From an uncultured Lachnospiraceae bacterium (GTDB lineage: Bacteria; Bacillota; Clostridia; Lachnospirales; Lachnospiraceae), in NCBI GenBank assembly GCA_900316855.1, contig ONEK01000002.1:45788-109787 (forward strand): a DNA stretch of 64,000 nt. Direction: 5' to 3'. How positions within the stretch are numbered: position 1 is the stretch's first letter; each line of letters starts with the position of its first letter. Both the position numbers and the translations under genes were made by a program. The notes under the pieces are model-generated. The model saw only the letters and a list, made by a program, of their open reading frames with translations. It was not told the DNA's origin and made no database searches. Positions 56,808 through 64,000 of the stretch are shown here, piece by piece.

Positions 56808-56846
56808 CAGAATCAGCAGGGGCATCAGCCCGCAGGAGGTGGAAAT

Positions 56847-58493
56847 ATGCTCATGGATGGGAAGATCGCAGCAGGCAGGGACAATCAGGGAAACCCGGTC
56901 GTACTGCTTCCGCAGATGGCTAACCGGCATGGACTGATCGCAGGTGCGACGGGAACCGGAAAGACGGTCACCCTGAAGGTGCTCGCGGAATCCTTCAGCG
57001 ACCTCGGTGTACCGGTTTTTGTTTCAGATGTGAAGGGGGACCTCGCGGGGCTTGCGTGCCCCGGTGCAGACACGGCGGACCTGCGGGAGCGCGTGCATAG
57101 GTTCGGCCTGCAGGAACCCGGGTTTACCCTGCGCGGATATCCCGTGACTTTCTGGGACCTGTATGGTGAAAACGGGATCCCTCTGCGCACGACAATATCC
57201 GAGATGGGACCTCTCCTGCTTGCCAGGATTCTGGGCCTGAATGACCTGCAGTCTGATCTTCTGTCCATCGCATTCCGCATTGCGGATGAACAGCAGCTTC
57301 TGCTCGTAGATACGAAGGATCTGAAGGCTCTCCTGAATTATATTGATGAACACAGGAAGGATTTCCAGGAGGAGTACGGGAGAATTTCCTCTGCCTCTCT
57401 TGCAGTTATTGTCCGCGCTGTGGTAGCCCTGGAAGGGGAGGGAGCGGATCAGTTCTTCGGGGAAACGGCCCTGAATATCAACGACTGGTTTACCACAGCA
57501 AGGGACGGCCGGGGGATGATTCATATCCTGGATGCGCAGTCTCTTGTAAATAACGGAAAGCTGTATTCCACTTTCCTGCTCTGGTTTCTGTCGGAACTGT
57601 TTGAGACACTTCCGGAGGTCGGCGATCCGGACCGGCCGAGAATGGTTTTTTTCTTTGATGAGGCGCACCTTTTGTTCCGGGATGCCTCCAGAGCATTGCT
57701 TGAAAAGATCGAACAGGTTGTGAAGCTCATCCGGTCCAAAGGTGTCGGAATCTGGTTCTGTACGCAGAATCCTTCCGATATCCCAGGAGGAGTGCTGGCG
57801 CAGCTTGGCAACAAGGTGGAACATGCGCTTCATGCCTATACACCGTCTGAACAGAAGGCAATTAAGGCGGCGGCGGATTCGTTCCGTCCAAATCCGGAAT
57901 TTGACACGGCAGAGGCTCTGCAGGCGCTGGGTGTCGGTGAGGCCATTATATCCTTCCTGGATGAGAAAGGTGTGCCTGATGCGGCGAGGAAGGTCTGCAT
58001 TTATCCGCCGGAGAGCAGGATGGGGGCAGTCAGCAGCGAAGAGAGGGCCGGTCTGATCTCAGGCAGCGCGTTGTCTGCCAAGTACTCTGTCAGCATCGAT
58101 CCGGATTCAGCCTATGAATTCCTGAAACGCAAGGTATCAGAGGAGGCAGCCCTGCAGCAGCAGGAACTGGAGCGGCAGCAGGCGGCTGTCCAGCAGCAGA
58201 AGGAAGATAAGGAGCGCGAGAAGGAAGCCCGCAGAGAAGAGGCGGCAAGGCAGAAGCAGGAAGAAAAGGAGAGGCTTGCCCGGGAAAAGGAAGAAAAGAA
58301 GAAAGCGGATTCCCAGAAAAAGGCAGTGCAGAAAGCCGCAAAATCCGTCGGAAACAGCGTTGCGGGAACCGTAGGCAGAGAGGTCGGCAAATCCGTGGGT
58401 GGTTCCCTGCTTGGCAAGTTCGGAAGAACGCTGGGCGGCAATGTCGGTGCCAGCCTTGGAAGAGGACTCATGTCCACCCTGTTTCACCGGTAA
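56847..58493 (+). CDS. DUF853/YjgR HerA-FtsK-like ATPase
   Basis: NRHGLIAGATGTGKT (Walker A), FFFDEAHLLF (Walker B), RSKGVG..F.TQNP.D. Confidence 0.92.
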   Translation: MLMDGKIAAGRDNQGNPVVLLPQMANRHGLIAGATGTGKTVTLKVLAESFSDLGVPVFVSDVKGDLAGLACPGADTADLRERVHRFGLQEPGFTLRGYPVTFWDLYGENGIPLRTTISEMGPLLLARILGLNDLQSDLLSIAFRIADEQQLLLVDTKDLKALLNYIDEHRKDFQEEYGRISSASLAVIVRAVVALEGEGADQFFGETALNINDWFTTARDGRGMIHILDAQSLVNNGKLYSTFLLWFLSELFETLPEVGDPDRPRMVFFFDEAHLLFRDASRALLEKIEQVVKLIRSKGVGIWFCTQNPSDIPGGVLAQLGNKVEHALHAYTPSEQKAIKAAADSFRPNPEFDTAEALQALGVGEAIISFLDEKGVPDAARKVCIYPPESRMGAVSSEERAGLISGSALSAKYSVSIDPDSAYEFLKRKVSEEAALQQQELERQQAAVQQQKEDKEREKEARREEAARQKQEEKERLAREKEEKKKADSQKKAVQKAAKSVGNSVAGTVGREVGKSVGGSLLGKFGRTLGGNVGASLGRGLMSTLFHR

Positions 58494-58555
58494 TGCCGGA
58501 CAAAACGAAAACACCGTCCCCAAGGCCATATGCCTCAAAAACAGTGCTTCCTTCG

Positions 58556-58628
58556 TGCGCCTTCAGGGACTCGAACCCTGGACACCCTGATTAAGAGTCA
58601 GGTGCTCTACCAACTGAGCTAAAAGCGC
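58556..58628 (-). tRNA. tRNA-Lys (anticodon CTT), CCA not encoded
   Basis: GCGCTTT acceptor, D-arm GCTC/GAGC, anticodon arm CCTGA-CTCTTAA-TCAGG, T-loop TTCGAGT; 73 nt. Confidence 0.97.
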
Positions 58629-58668
58629 ATATTATGAACTTATTGCCGTTTCTCGCGACGCAAGTGTT

Positions 58669-58697
58669 ATTATATGATACGGCCTTTTGAATTGCAA
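58669..58697 (-). promoter_or_regulatory. Strong sigma-A promoter of tRNA-Lys
   Basis: TTGCAA-17-TATAAT on the minus strand with an A/T-rich UP element upstream. Confidence 0.8.
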
Positions 58698-58738
58698 TAA
58701 CTTTTTTTATATTTTTTATCTGCGCGCGGAGGGAAGAC

Positions 58739-59506
58739 ATGATCTTTGATACACATGCACACTACGAGGATTCTGCCTTTGACGCTGACAGGGATGAGCT
58801 GATCTCAGGCCTTGCAGATGCAGGAATCTGCAAGGTCATGGATGTGGCTTCCACCCTGGAAAGTATTGATCAGGTACTTGCAGTAGCACACCGGTATCCG
58901 GGCTTTTACGCGGCACTTGGCATACACCCTCAGGAATGTGCGCCCATGACGATGCAACACCTCGAAGAAATCCGCGGGAAACTGCGGGACCCGAAAGTCC
59001 TTGCGGTGGGGGAAATCGGCCTGGATTATCATTGGGACACACCCGGGCGTGATCTGCAGAAGCTGTGGTTCCGGCGTCAGGCTATCCTGGCGATGGAAGA
59101 AAACAAGCCGATCATTGTTCACTCCAGGGATGCGGCACAGGATACATATGAAATCCTCAGCCGGATGCATGCGGAACAGACGGGAGGTGTGATACACTGC
59201 TTCAGTTACAGTGTGGAGATGGCTGAGAAATTTCTGGACCTCGGTTTTTTCATAGGGATCGGCGGTGTCGTCACTTTCAAAAATGCCAGAAAGTGCCGGG
59301 AAGTTGTGGAAGCCATCCCTCTGACGTCGATCGTACTTGAGACAGACTGTCCCTATATGGCTCCGGTTCCGCACCGGGGAGAACGCAATTGTTCACTCTA
59401 CCTGCCGCTTGTTGCGGAGGCCATTGCCGAATTGAAGCATGTCACACCGGAAGAGGTCTGCGAACAGACCCGGGAAAATGCAGAAAGGTTGTACCGAATT
59501 TCATGA
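58739..59506 (+). CDS. tatD: TatD-family nuclease
   Basis: DTHAH, GIHP, AVGEIGLDY, VHSRDA, HCFS, LETDCPY. Confidence 0.95.
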   Translation: MIFDTHAHYEDSAFDADRDELISGLADAGICKVMDVASTLESIDQVLAVAHRYPGFYAALGIHPQECAPMTMQHLEEIRGKLRDPKVLAVGEIGLDYHWDTPGRDLQKLWFRRQAILAMEENKPIIVHSRDAAQDTYEILSRMHAEQTGGVIHCFSYSVEMAEKFLDLGFFIGIGGVVTFKNARKCREVVEAIPLTSIVLETDCPYMAPVPHRGERNCSLYLPLVAEAIAELKHVTPEEVCEQTRENAERLYRIS

Positions 59507-60372
59507 GCGCATTACTGACGGCACCGTACGAAACCCGGAGAATACTGGACAAATATGGCATTCATGCCAAGAAAAAATACGGCCAGAATTTCCTGATTGA
59601 CGCCGGGATCGTGGAGGGAATTATCCGTTCTGCCGCAATCACAAAGCAGGACTGCGTGCTCGAAATAGGCCCGGGTATCGGCACCATGACGCAGGTTCTG
59701 TCCCTGGAGGCAGGCCATGTGGTTGCCGTGGAGATCGATGAAGGACTGAGACCTGTCCTTGCGGAAACCCTGGATGCCTGCACAAACGTTACCGTCCTGT
59801 TTCAGGATATCCTGAAGACAGACATTGCGGCGATCTCACGGAATTACAATCAGGGCAGAAAACTTAAATGCGTAGCTAATCTTCCCTATTACATCACTAC
59901 ACCGATTCTGCTGCAGCTTCTGCGGGAAAATTCCTGTTTTGACAGCATCACGGTCATGGTGCAGAAAGAGGTCGCCCAGCGGATCCTTGCCACCTGCAGG
60001 GACGCGGAATACGGTGCGCTGTCCCTGGCAGTACAGTATTATGCGAGGCCGGAAGTGGCGATGGCGGTTCCGCCGTCTTCCTTTATTCCGCGGCCCGGCG
60101 TGGACTCTGCCGTCCTGAATCTGAACGCCTTTGAGGCTCCTCCGGTCGAAGCAGATGCGGACTATCTGTTCGCAATCGTACGCGCTGCGTTCAATCAGCG
60201 CCGCAAAACCCTTGCAAATGCCCTGTCTCATGGCCTTTCCTACCAAGGCTACAGCCCGGACAGGGATGCAGTTGTCCGGGCACTCCGCGAAATGGACCTG
60301 CCAGCAGACATTCGCGGGGAGCGTCTCTCACTGGAAGATTTCGCACGTCTGACTCACATTCTTCACGCCTGA
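59503..60372 (+). CDS. rsmA: 16S rRNA A1518/A1519 dimethyltransferase
   Basis: KKYGQNFL, VLEIGPGIG, VANLPYYIT, VMVQKEVA, FNQRRKTL; ATGA overlap with tatD. Confidence 0.96.
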   Translation: MSALLTAPYETRRILDKYGIHAKKKYGQNFLIDAGIVEGIIRSAAITKQDCVLEIGPGIGTMTQVLSLEAGHVVAVEIDEGLRPVLAETLDACTNVTVLFQDILKTDIAAISRNYNQGRKLKCVANLPYYITTPILLQLLRENSCFDSITVMVQKEVAQRILATCRDAEYGALSLAVQYYARPEVAMAVPPSSFIPRPGVDSAVLNLNAFEAPPVEADADYLFAIVRAAFNQRRKTLANALSHGLSYQGYSPDRDAVVRALREMDLPADIRGERLSLEDFARLTHILHA

Positions 60373-60376
60373 TTAC

Positions 60377-60418
60377 AATCCGGCGAAACGGCTATTTTAC
60401 GGGCTTTTTCGCCGGATT
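60377..60418 (+). terminator. Stem-loop after rsmA
   Basis: AATCCGGCGAAA / TTTCGCCGGATT 12-bp inverted repeat. Confidence 0.55.
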
Positions 60419-60426
60419 TCGTCATT

Positions 60427-60455
60427 TTGACATCAAAAAGTGCGTATGCTACACT
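60427..60455 (+). promoter_or_regulatory. Sigma-A promoter with extended -10
   Basis: TTGACA-17-(TGC)TACACT. Confidence 0.75.
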
Positions 60456-60561
60456 CTAATTTGAATTATTATCGGGGATCGTGTGCGCCCGCAGATATGA
60501 ATTACGGAAAATCCGCATCGGCGGCATTTTTGATGCTTTCCGTCATAAGAGGAATCGGGAG

Positions 60562-63500
60562 TTGGACAAGTACGAGTATAAGATCAGTCTCAATGAAATC
60601 AATCGTCTGATTTCTGAGCATCGTTTTCAGGAAGCTGCTCAGATTGCTGACACAATTGACTGGAACAGGGTTAAAACAGTCACGACTTTATGCAAAATCA
60701 GTGACGTTTATAAGGCCAACCGGGAATTTACCAAGAGCCGGAAGGTTCTGCTTCTCGCACTTAAGCGCAGCCCCGGCACTCCGGAAATCATCTATAACCT
60801 GTGTGAGCTCACTATTTACCTGTACGGGCAGAACGGAATGCAGAGTGATCTGGCTTCCGCCCTTCAGCTGCTGCAGGAATATCAGGCAGCAAGGCCCGGG
60901 GATCCCAGAAGGCTCATACTTCAATATAAGATGTACAAGGTTTCTCCCGTGTCGGATGAGGAGAAAATATCTATACTTGAACAATTAAAGAAGGAACAGC
61001 ATTCCGCCCGCTGGGGCTATGAACTGGCTGTCCTGTATCAGAAAGCAGGTGAGGACGGGAAAGCCAGGGAGGAATGCCGCAGTATCACATCCTCGTTTCA
61101 GGGAAAGTATGCGGATCGTGCGGCTGATTTGTATGCCGAACTTCTGAAGAAGGACGAAGTTCCGCTGAAGGATCCGGAGACAGAAGGGGAAGAGGAAGCT
61201 GCTGCGCCCCAGGAAACGGAAGCCGGGAAAACGGAACCGGATACGGTGGAATTGCCGGAGGAGAAAACGGTGCCGGCTTCCCGGGAAGAAACCGGCAGGG
61301 AGCCCGCCGGACATTCCGGAGAGGACCAGGCTGCCAAAGAGGCCGCAGCCCGGATTGAACGGGAGCTGACGAAAGAGGAAGGCGAGGAAGACGGCAGTAC
61401 GGAGAATCATCCCATGACGGTGGGAGAAGCCATGGAAGCCGCCGCCCGCAGGGACGCGGAGAGTGAAACGCACAGGGAAGGGGAAGACGCATCCGGCTAT
61501 GAAGCGAATGTAGCTGCTGGTATGGAGGATCTCTTTACCGCGGAGGAAGAACACCCGAAAGCCGCGCTTTCCGAAGAGACACCCTCTCCGGAAGCGGATG
61601 AAGCAACCGGCCAGATGTCCATCAATCAGGTGATGGATGAGTGGGAGCGGATCCGCAGGGGGATCCGTACGGCCAATGACGAGAAGCGTGCCCAGCGGAT
61701 CATGGAAGACACAGGAGCCCTGCTTCACGATTTCGACGTCACTGCACAGCACGGCCTGCTGGAAGATATCGAAAAAGGTACAGAGAGGCACAGGAGAAGA
61801 GTCCGTTCCGGTTACCGGGAGGACCTGCCGGATGGACGGCCTGCCCGGAGAAGCCCCTCCGACGCACAGCCGCGCTACCATGATTCATACTATACACAGT
61901 CTGACAGAGGTCTCGATCCGGAGGATCACTCTGATCAGGGTGAGGCATATGACCCGGAAGAGAGAACCTATCCGGAGCAGGATTCCTACCCGGAGGAAGG
62001 AGTGTATCAGGATTCCTATCCGGAGGAGGGAACGGATCCGCAGGGGTCTGATTATCCGGCTGAGGCAGCGGGCAGTGAAGGCAGGTATGATTCGCCGGAC
62101 ACTGACCGGCAGGTATCCCATGAGACCCTGTGGTCCGAGACAGCTGCGGTGGATCTGCCTTCGGTGGAAGATATTTCTTCCGGGGAAGCTATTGCTGCAG
62201 GGCAGGTTTCCGCAGAAGCTCCTGCAGAGGAGGCCGTCACGGATTATGGGGCAGGGACTGCGCCCGAGCCGGAACCTGCGGCAGCGGATACGGATGCAGA
62301 TGTTGTGCGCACGGAAGACCCTTCTGCTGAAAAGGAGCAGGAGACAGAGGAAGAGACTGCTGTCAATGTAGATGTCCGCTATCAGCCTTCCGGGCAGAAG
62401 ACAGAAGATCCGATGGAAACCATTGCCACCCGCAAGTGGAACCCGGACGAAATCCGGAAAGCTCTGGAGGAGCAGGAAGCCCGCGCAAGGTCAGAAGCAC
62501 TTGCCGAGGTGCGTGGAACTGACCGGCAGCAGGAAAAATCCGGCAAGGAGCAGTCCGGAAAACCGGACCTGATCGCGGAGGAAGAATCCGCTGCTCCGGT
62601 TCCTGTGGAAGAGGGGACACCCGCCGGGGAAGCATCTGAGGGGGAAGAAGGACCTGCTGAGGAGATTCCTGCAGCAGAAGAGTCATCTGCCGCAGAGGAA
62701 TCTGTGGAAGCGGAGGAACTGTCCGAATCCGGCAAGGAGACGGATACAGCTCCGGCAGCAGATGACAGGGAACCGGAAGAGGGCATCCCGGAACCGGAGG
62801 CAATACAGCAGTCAGATATAGCTGAGAACGGCACAGGGACAGACGGGCAGACAGCCCCGGCAGACGAGCCGGCTCCCGCTGCCGTGATCCGCACAGTACA
62901 CAGCAGCAAAGGTGTACCCTCCCGGCTTCCCGGGGATGCCGTCATCCGGACAGAAACCGGCAGGACCCTGACCCTGGAGGAAGCGCGGCTGTTCGGCCCG
63001 ATCCTTCGCGTGGAGCAGAACCATCGCCAGATTCTTGCCGCCCTGGATCAGATTTCTCTTGCGTCTTATACAGGGAACCTGATCATCTGCGGCGGCGAAG
63101 CTACTGCGCTGAAAACCGCACAGGGCATACTGGAGATTACCCGCAAGAGTGACTCCAACTTTACCGGCAGGATTGTGAAGGCTACCGGCTCTGCGCTTAA
63201 CCGGCTCAGCACGGACAAGTTCGCGAAAACCATCGAAAAAATCGAAAACGGCGCCCTGATTGTAAGCCGCGCCGCAGAAATGGACGAAGAGACTGTGACA
63301 AACCTTCATCGCCAGCTTGAGGGCAGGGAGCATGGGCTCATTGTCATCCTCATGGACGTGAAAAAGATGCTGGCGCCGTTCCTGAAACGGTTTCAGGACA
63401 AGCTGGGCAGCTTTACCGCAAGGATCGAAATCCATCCGCTCAACGACAGGGCGCTGGTATCCTACGGAAAGGATTACGCAAAGAGCCAGGACTATTCACT

Positions 63501-63717
63501 GGATGAATTTGCCGAAATGGCCCTGCATTCGCGGATTTCGTCCATGCAGACTTCCAAGCATCATGTGACTCTGAAGGAAGTTCGGGATATCGTGGATGAG
63601 GCGATCAGTTATGCTTCCAGGAAAAATCTTGCAGCATTGTTCGCAATCCTTTCGAGAAAAAGATATGATGCGGATGACCGCATCATCATCCGGGAGAAGG
63701 ATTTCACGCACTATTGA
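60562..63717 (+). CDS. Large hypothetical protein: TPR-like N-terminus, long acidic disordered linker, degenerate AAA+ (SpoVK/CbbX-like) C-terminus
   Basis: TTG start (DKYEYK) downstream of the promoter; helical-repeat N-terminus; Glu/Pro/Ala-rich centre; GNLIICGGEATALKTA in the Walker A position. Confidence 0.75.
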   Translation: MDKYEYKISLNEINRLISEHRFQEAAQIADTIDWNRVKTVTTLCKISDVYKANREFTKSRKVLLLALKRSPGTPEIIYNLCELTIYLYGQNGMQSDLASALQLLQEYQAARPGDPRRLILQYKMYKVSPVSDEEKISILEQLKKEQHSARWGYELAVLYQKAGEDGKAREECRSITSSFQGKYADRAADLYAELLKKDEVPLKDPETEGEEEAAAPQETEAGKTEPDTVELPEEKTVPASREETGREPAGHSGEDQAAKEAAARIERELTKEEGEEDGSTENHPMTVGEAMEAAARRDAESETHREGEDASGYEANVAAGMEDLFTAEEEHPKAALSEETPSPEADEATGQMSINQVMDEWERIRRGIRTANDEKRAQRIMEDTGALLHDFDVTAQHGLLEDIEKGTERHRRRVRSGYREDLPDGRPARRSPSDAQPRYHDSYYTQSDRGLDPEDHSDQGEAYDPEERTYPEQDSYPEEGVYQDSYPEEGTDPQGSDYPAEAAGSEGRYDSPDTDRQVSHETLWSETAAVDLPSVEDISSGEAIAAGQVSAEAPAEEAVTDYGAGTAPEPEPAAADTDADVVRTEDPSAEKEQETEEETAVNVDVRYQPSGQKTEDPMETIATRKWNPDEIRKALEEQEARARSEALAEVRGTDRQQEKSGKEQSGKPDLIAEEESAAPVPVEEGTPAGEASEGEEGPAEEIPAAEESSAAEESVEAEELSESGKETDTAPAADDREPEEGIPEPEAIQQSDIAENGTGTDGQTAPADEPAPAAVIRTVHSSKGVPSRLPGDAVIRTETGRTLTLEEARLFGPILRVEQNHRQILAALDQISLASYTGNLIICGGEATALKTAQGILEITRKSDSNFTGRIVKATGSALNRLSTDKFAKTIEKIENGALIVSRAAEMDEETVTNLHRQLEGREHGLIVILMDVKKMLAPFLKRFQDKLGSFTARIEIHPLNDRALVSYGKDYAKSQDYSLDEFAEMALHSRISSMQTSKHHVTLKEVRDIVDEAISYASRKNLAALFAILSRKRYDADDRIIIREKDFTHY

Positions 63718-63783
63718 CGGGTAACGCACTGCTGCCCTGCAGGAGGACAGCAGACATAATAATCTTAAAGAAGGTGGAGTGGT

Positions 63784-64000
63784 ATGGCAGCAGGAAAATC
63801 GGGAGCATCCGGCGCAGTCGGGGCTGCGTCAGGAAAAGGGAAAAAACAGACAAAGCGGGCTGCGTCATCCGGACAGGGGAAGGAGAGGGTTTTCATTTCT
63901 TCCGATGACTGTTACCTTTTCGGACAGGGGACCCATTATGATATTTATAAGAAGCTGGGCGCACATCCTTCCATAGAGAACGGGACGGAAGGCGTCTATT
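63784..64000 (+). CDS. glgB: 1,4-alpha-glucan branching enzyme, N-terminal fragment (not in the ORF track; runs off the window)
   Basis: RBS AAGGTGGAG; open frame MAAGKS...DDCYLFGQGTHYDIYKKLGAHP...EGVY. Confidence 0.85.
   Translation, partial: MAAGKSGASGAVGAASGKGKKQTKRAASSGQGKERVFISSDDCYLFGQGTHYDIYKKLGAHPSIENGTEGVY

Noticed and set aside
56847-58493. DUF853 ATPase as a HerA-type anti-phage system
   Set aside because: The motifs fit the widespread stand-alone YjgR family, and no Sir2, NurA or nuclease partner is adjacent.
58399-58590. 65-aa ORF ending ...RLQGLEPWTP
   Set aside because: It is the antisense reading of tRNA-Lys plus an alternative frame of the DUF853 gene.
58493-58739. tRNA-Lys as an integration site for a genomic island
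   Set aside because: No integrase, no duplicated tRNA 3' end seen in the window, and the flanking genes are housekeeping.

Overview
A GC-rich Firmicute chromosomal window. Gene content and style suggest Lachnospiraceae/Clostridia (inference). It is mostly core and carbohydrate-metabolism genes. I found no CRISPR array, transposase, integrase or prophage. 1-18.9 kb is a pentose/hexose uptake island: two YesM/YesN-type two-component systems, an AraR-type repressor, an orphan sensor-type solute-binding protein and two CUT2 sugar ABC transporters, the second YtfQRT/YjfF-like. 19-35.6 kb holds murG, pgeF, a secreted HEXXH (ATLF/PPEP-like) protease, an rpoD with no adjacent dnaG, fprA, pyk, a Gmk-like kinase-holB-yaaT-yabB-rsmI block, pckA with a Rex-like operator, and a phosphatase plus membrane Mrr-type nuclease pair. 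35.7-64 kb holds araK-araD-tkt-rpe, map, metG, msmK, cdaR, a PflX-like radical SAM gene, an SRP RNA missing from the ORF track, tadA, Rrf2-sufCBDSU, a TetR plus a cysteine-motif-less radical-SAM homologue, a DUF853 ATPase, tRNA-Lys(CTT), tatD, rsmA, a large TPR/acidic/pseudo-AAA protein and the start of glgB. The best leads are the radical-SAM pseudoenzyme coupled to TetR, the Alu-less SRP RNA whose terminal helix contains the next gene's RBS, two unexplained multi-hairpin non-coding elements, a Gmk paralogue in the usual tmk position, and the phosphatase/Mrr pair. Family assignments come from motif recognition by eye; no database searches were run.
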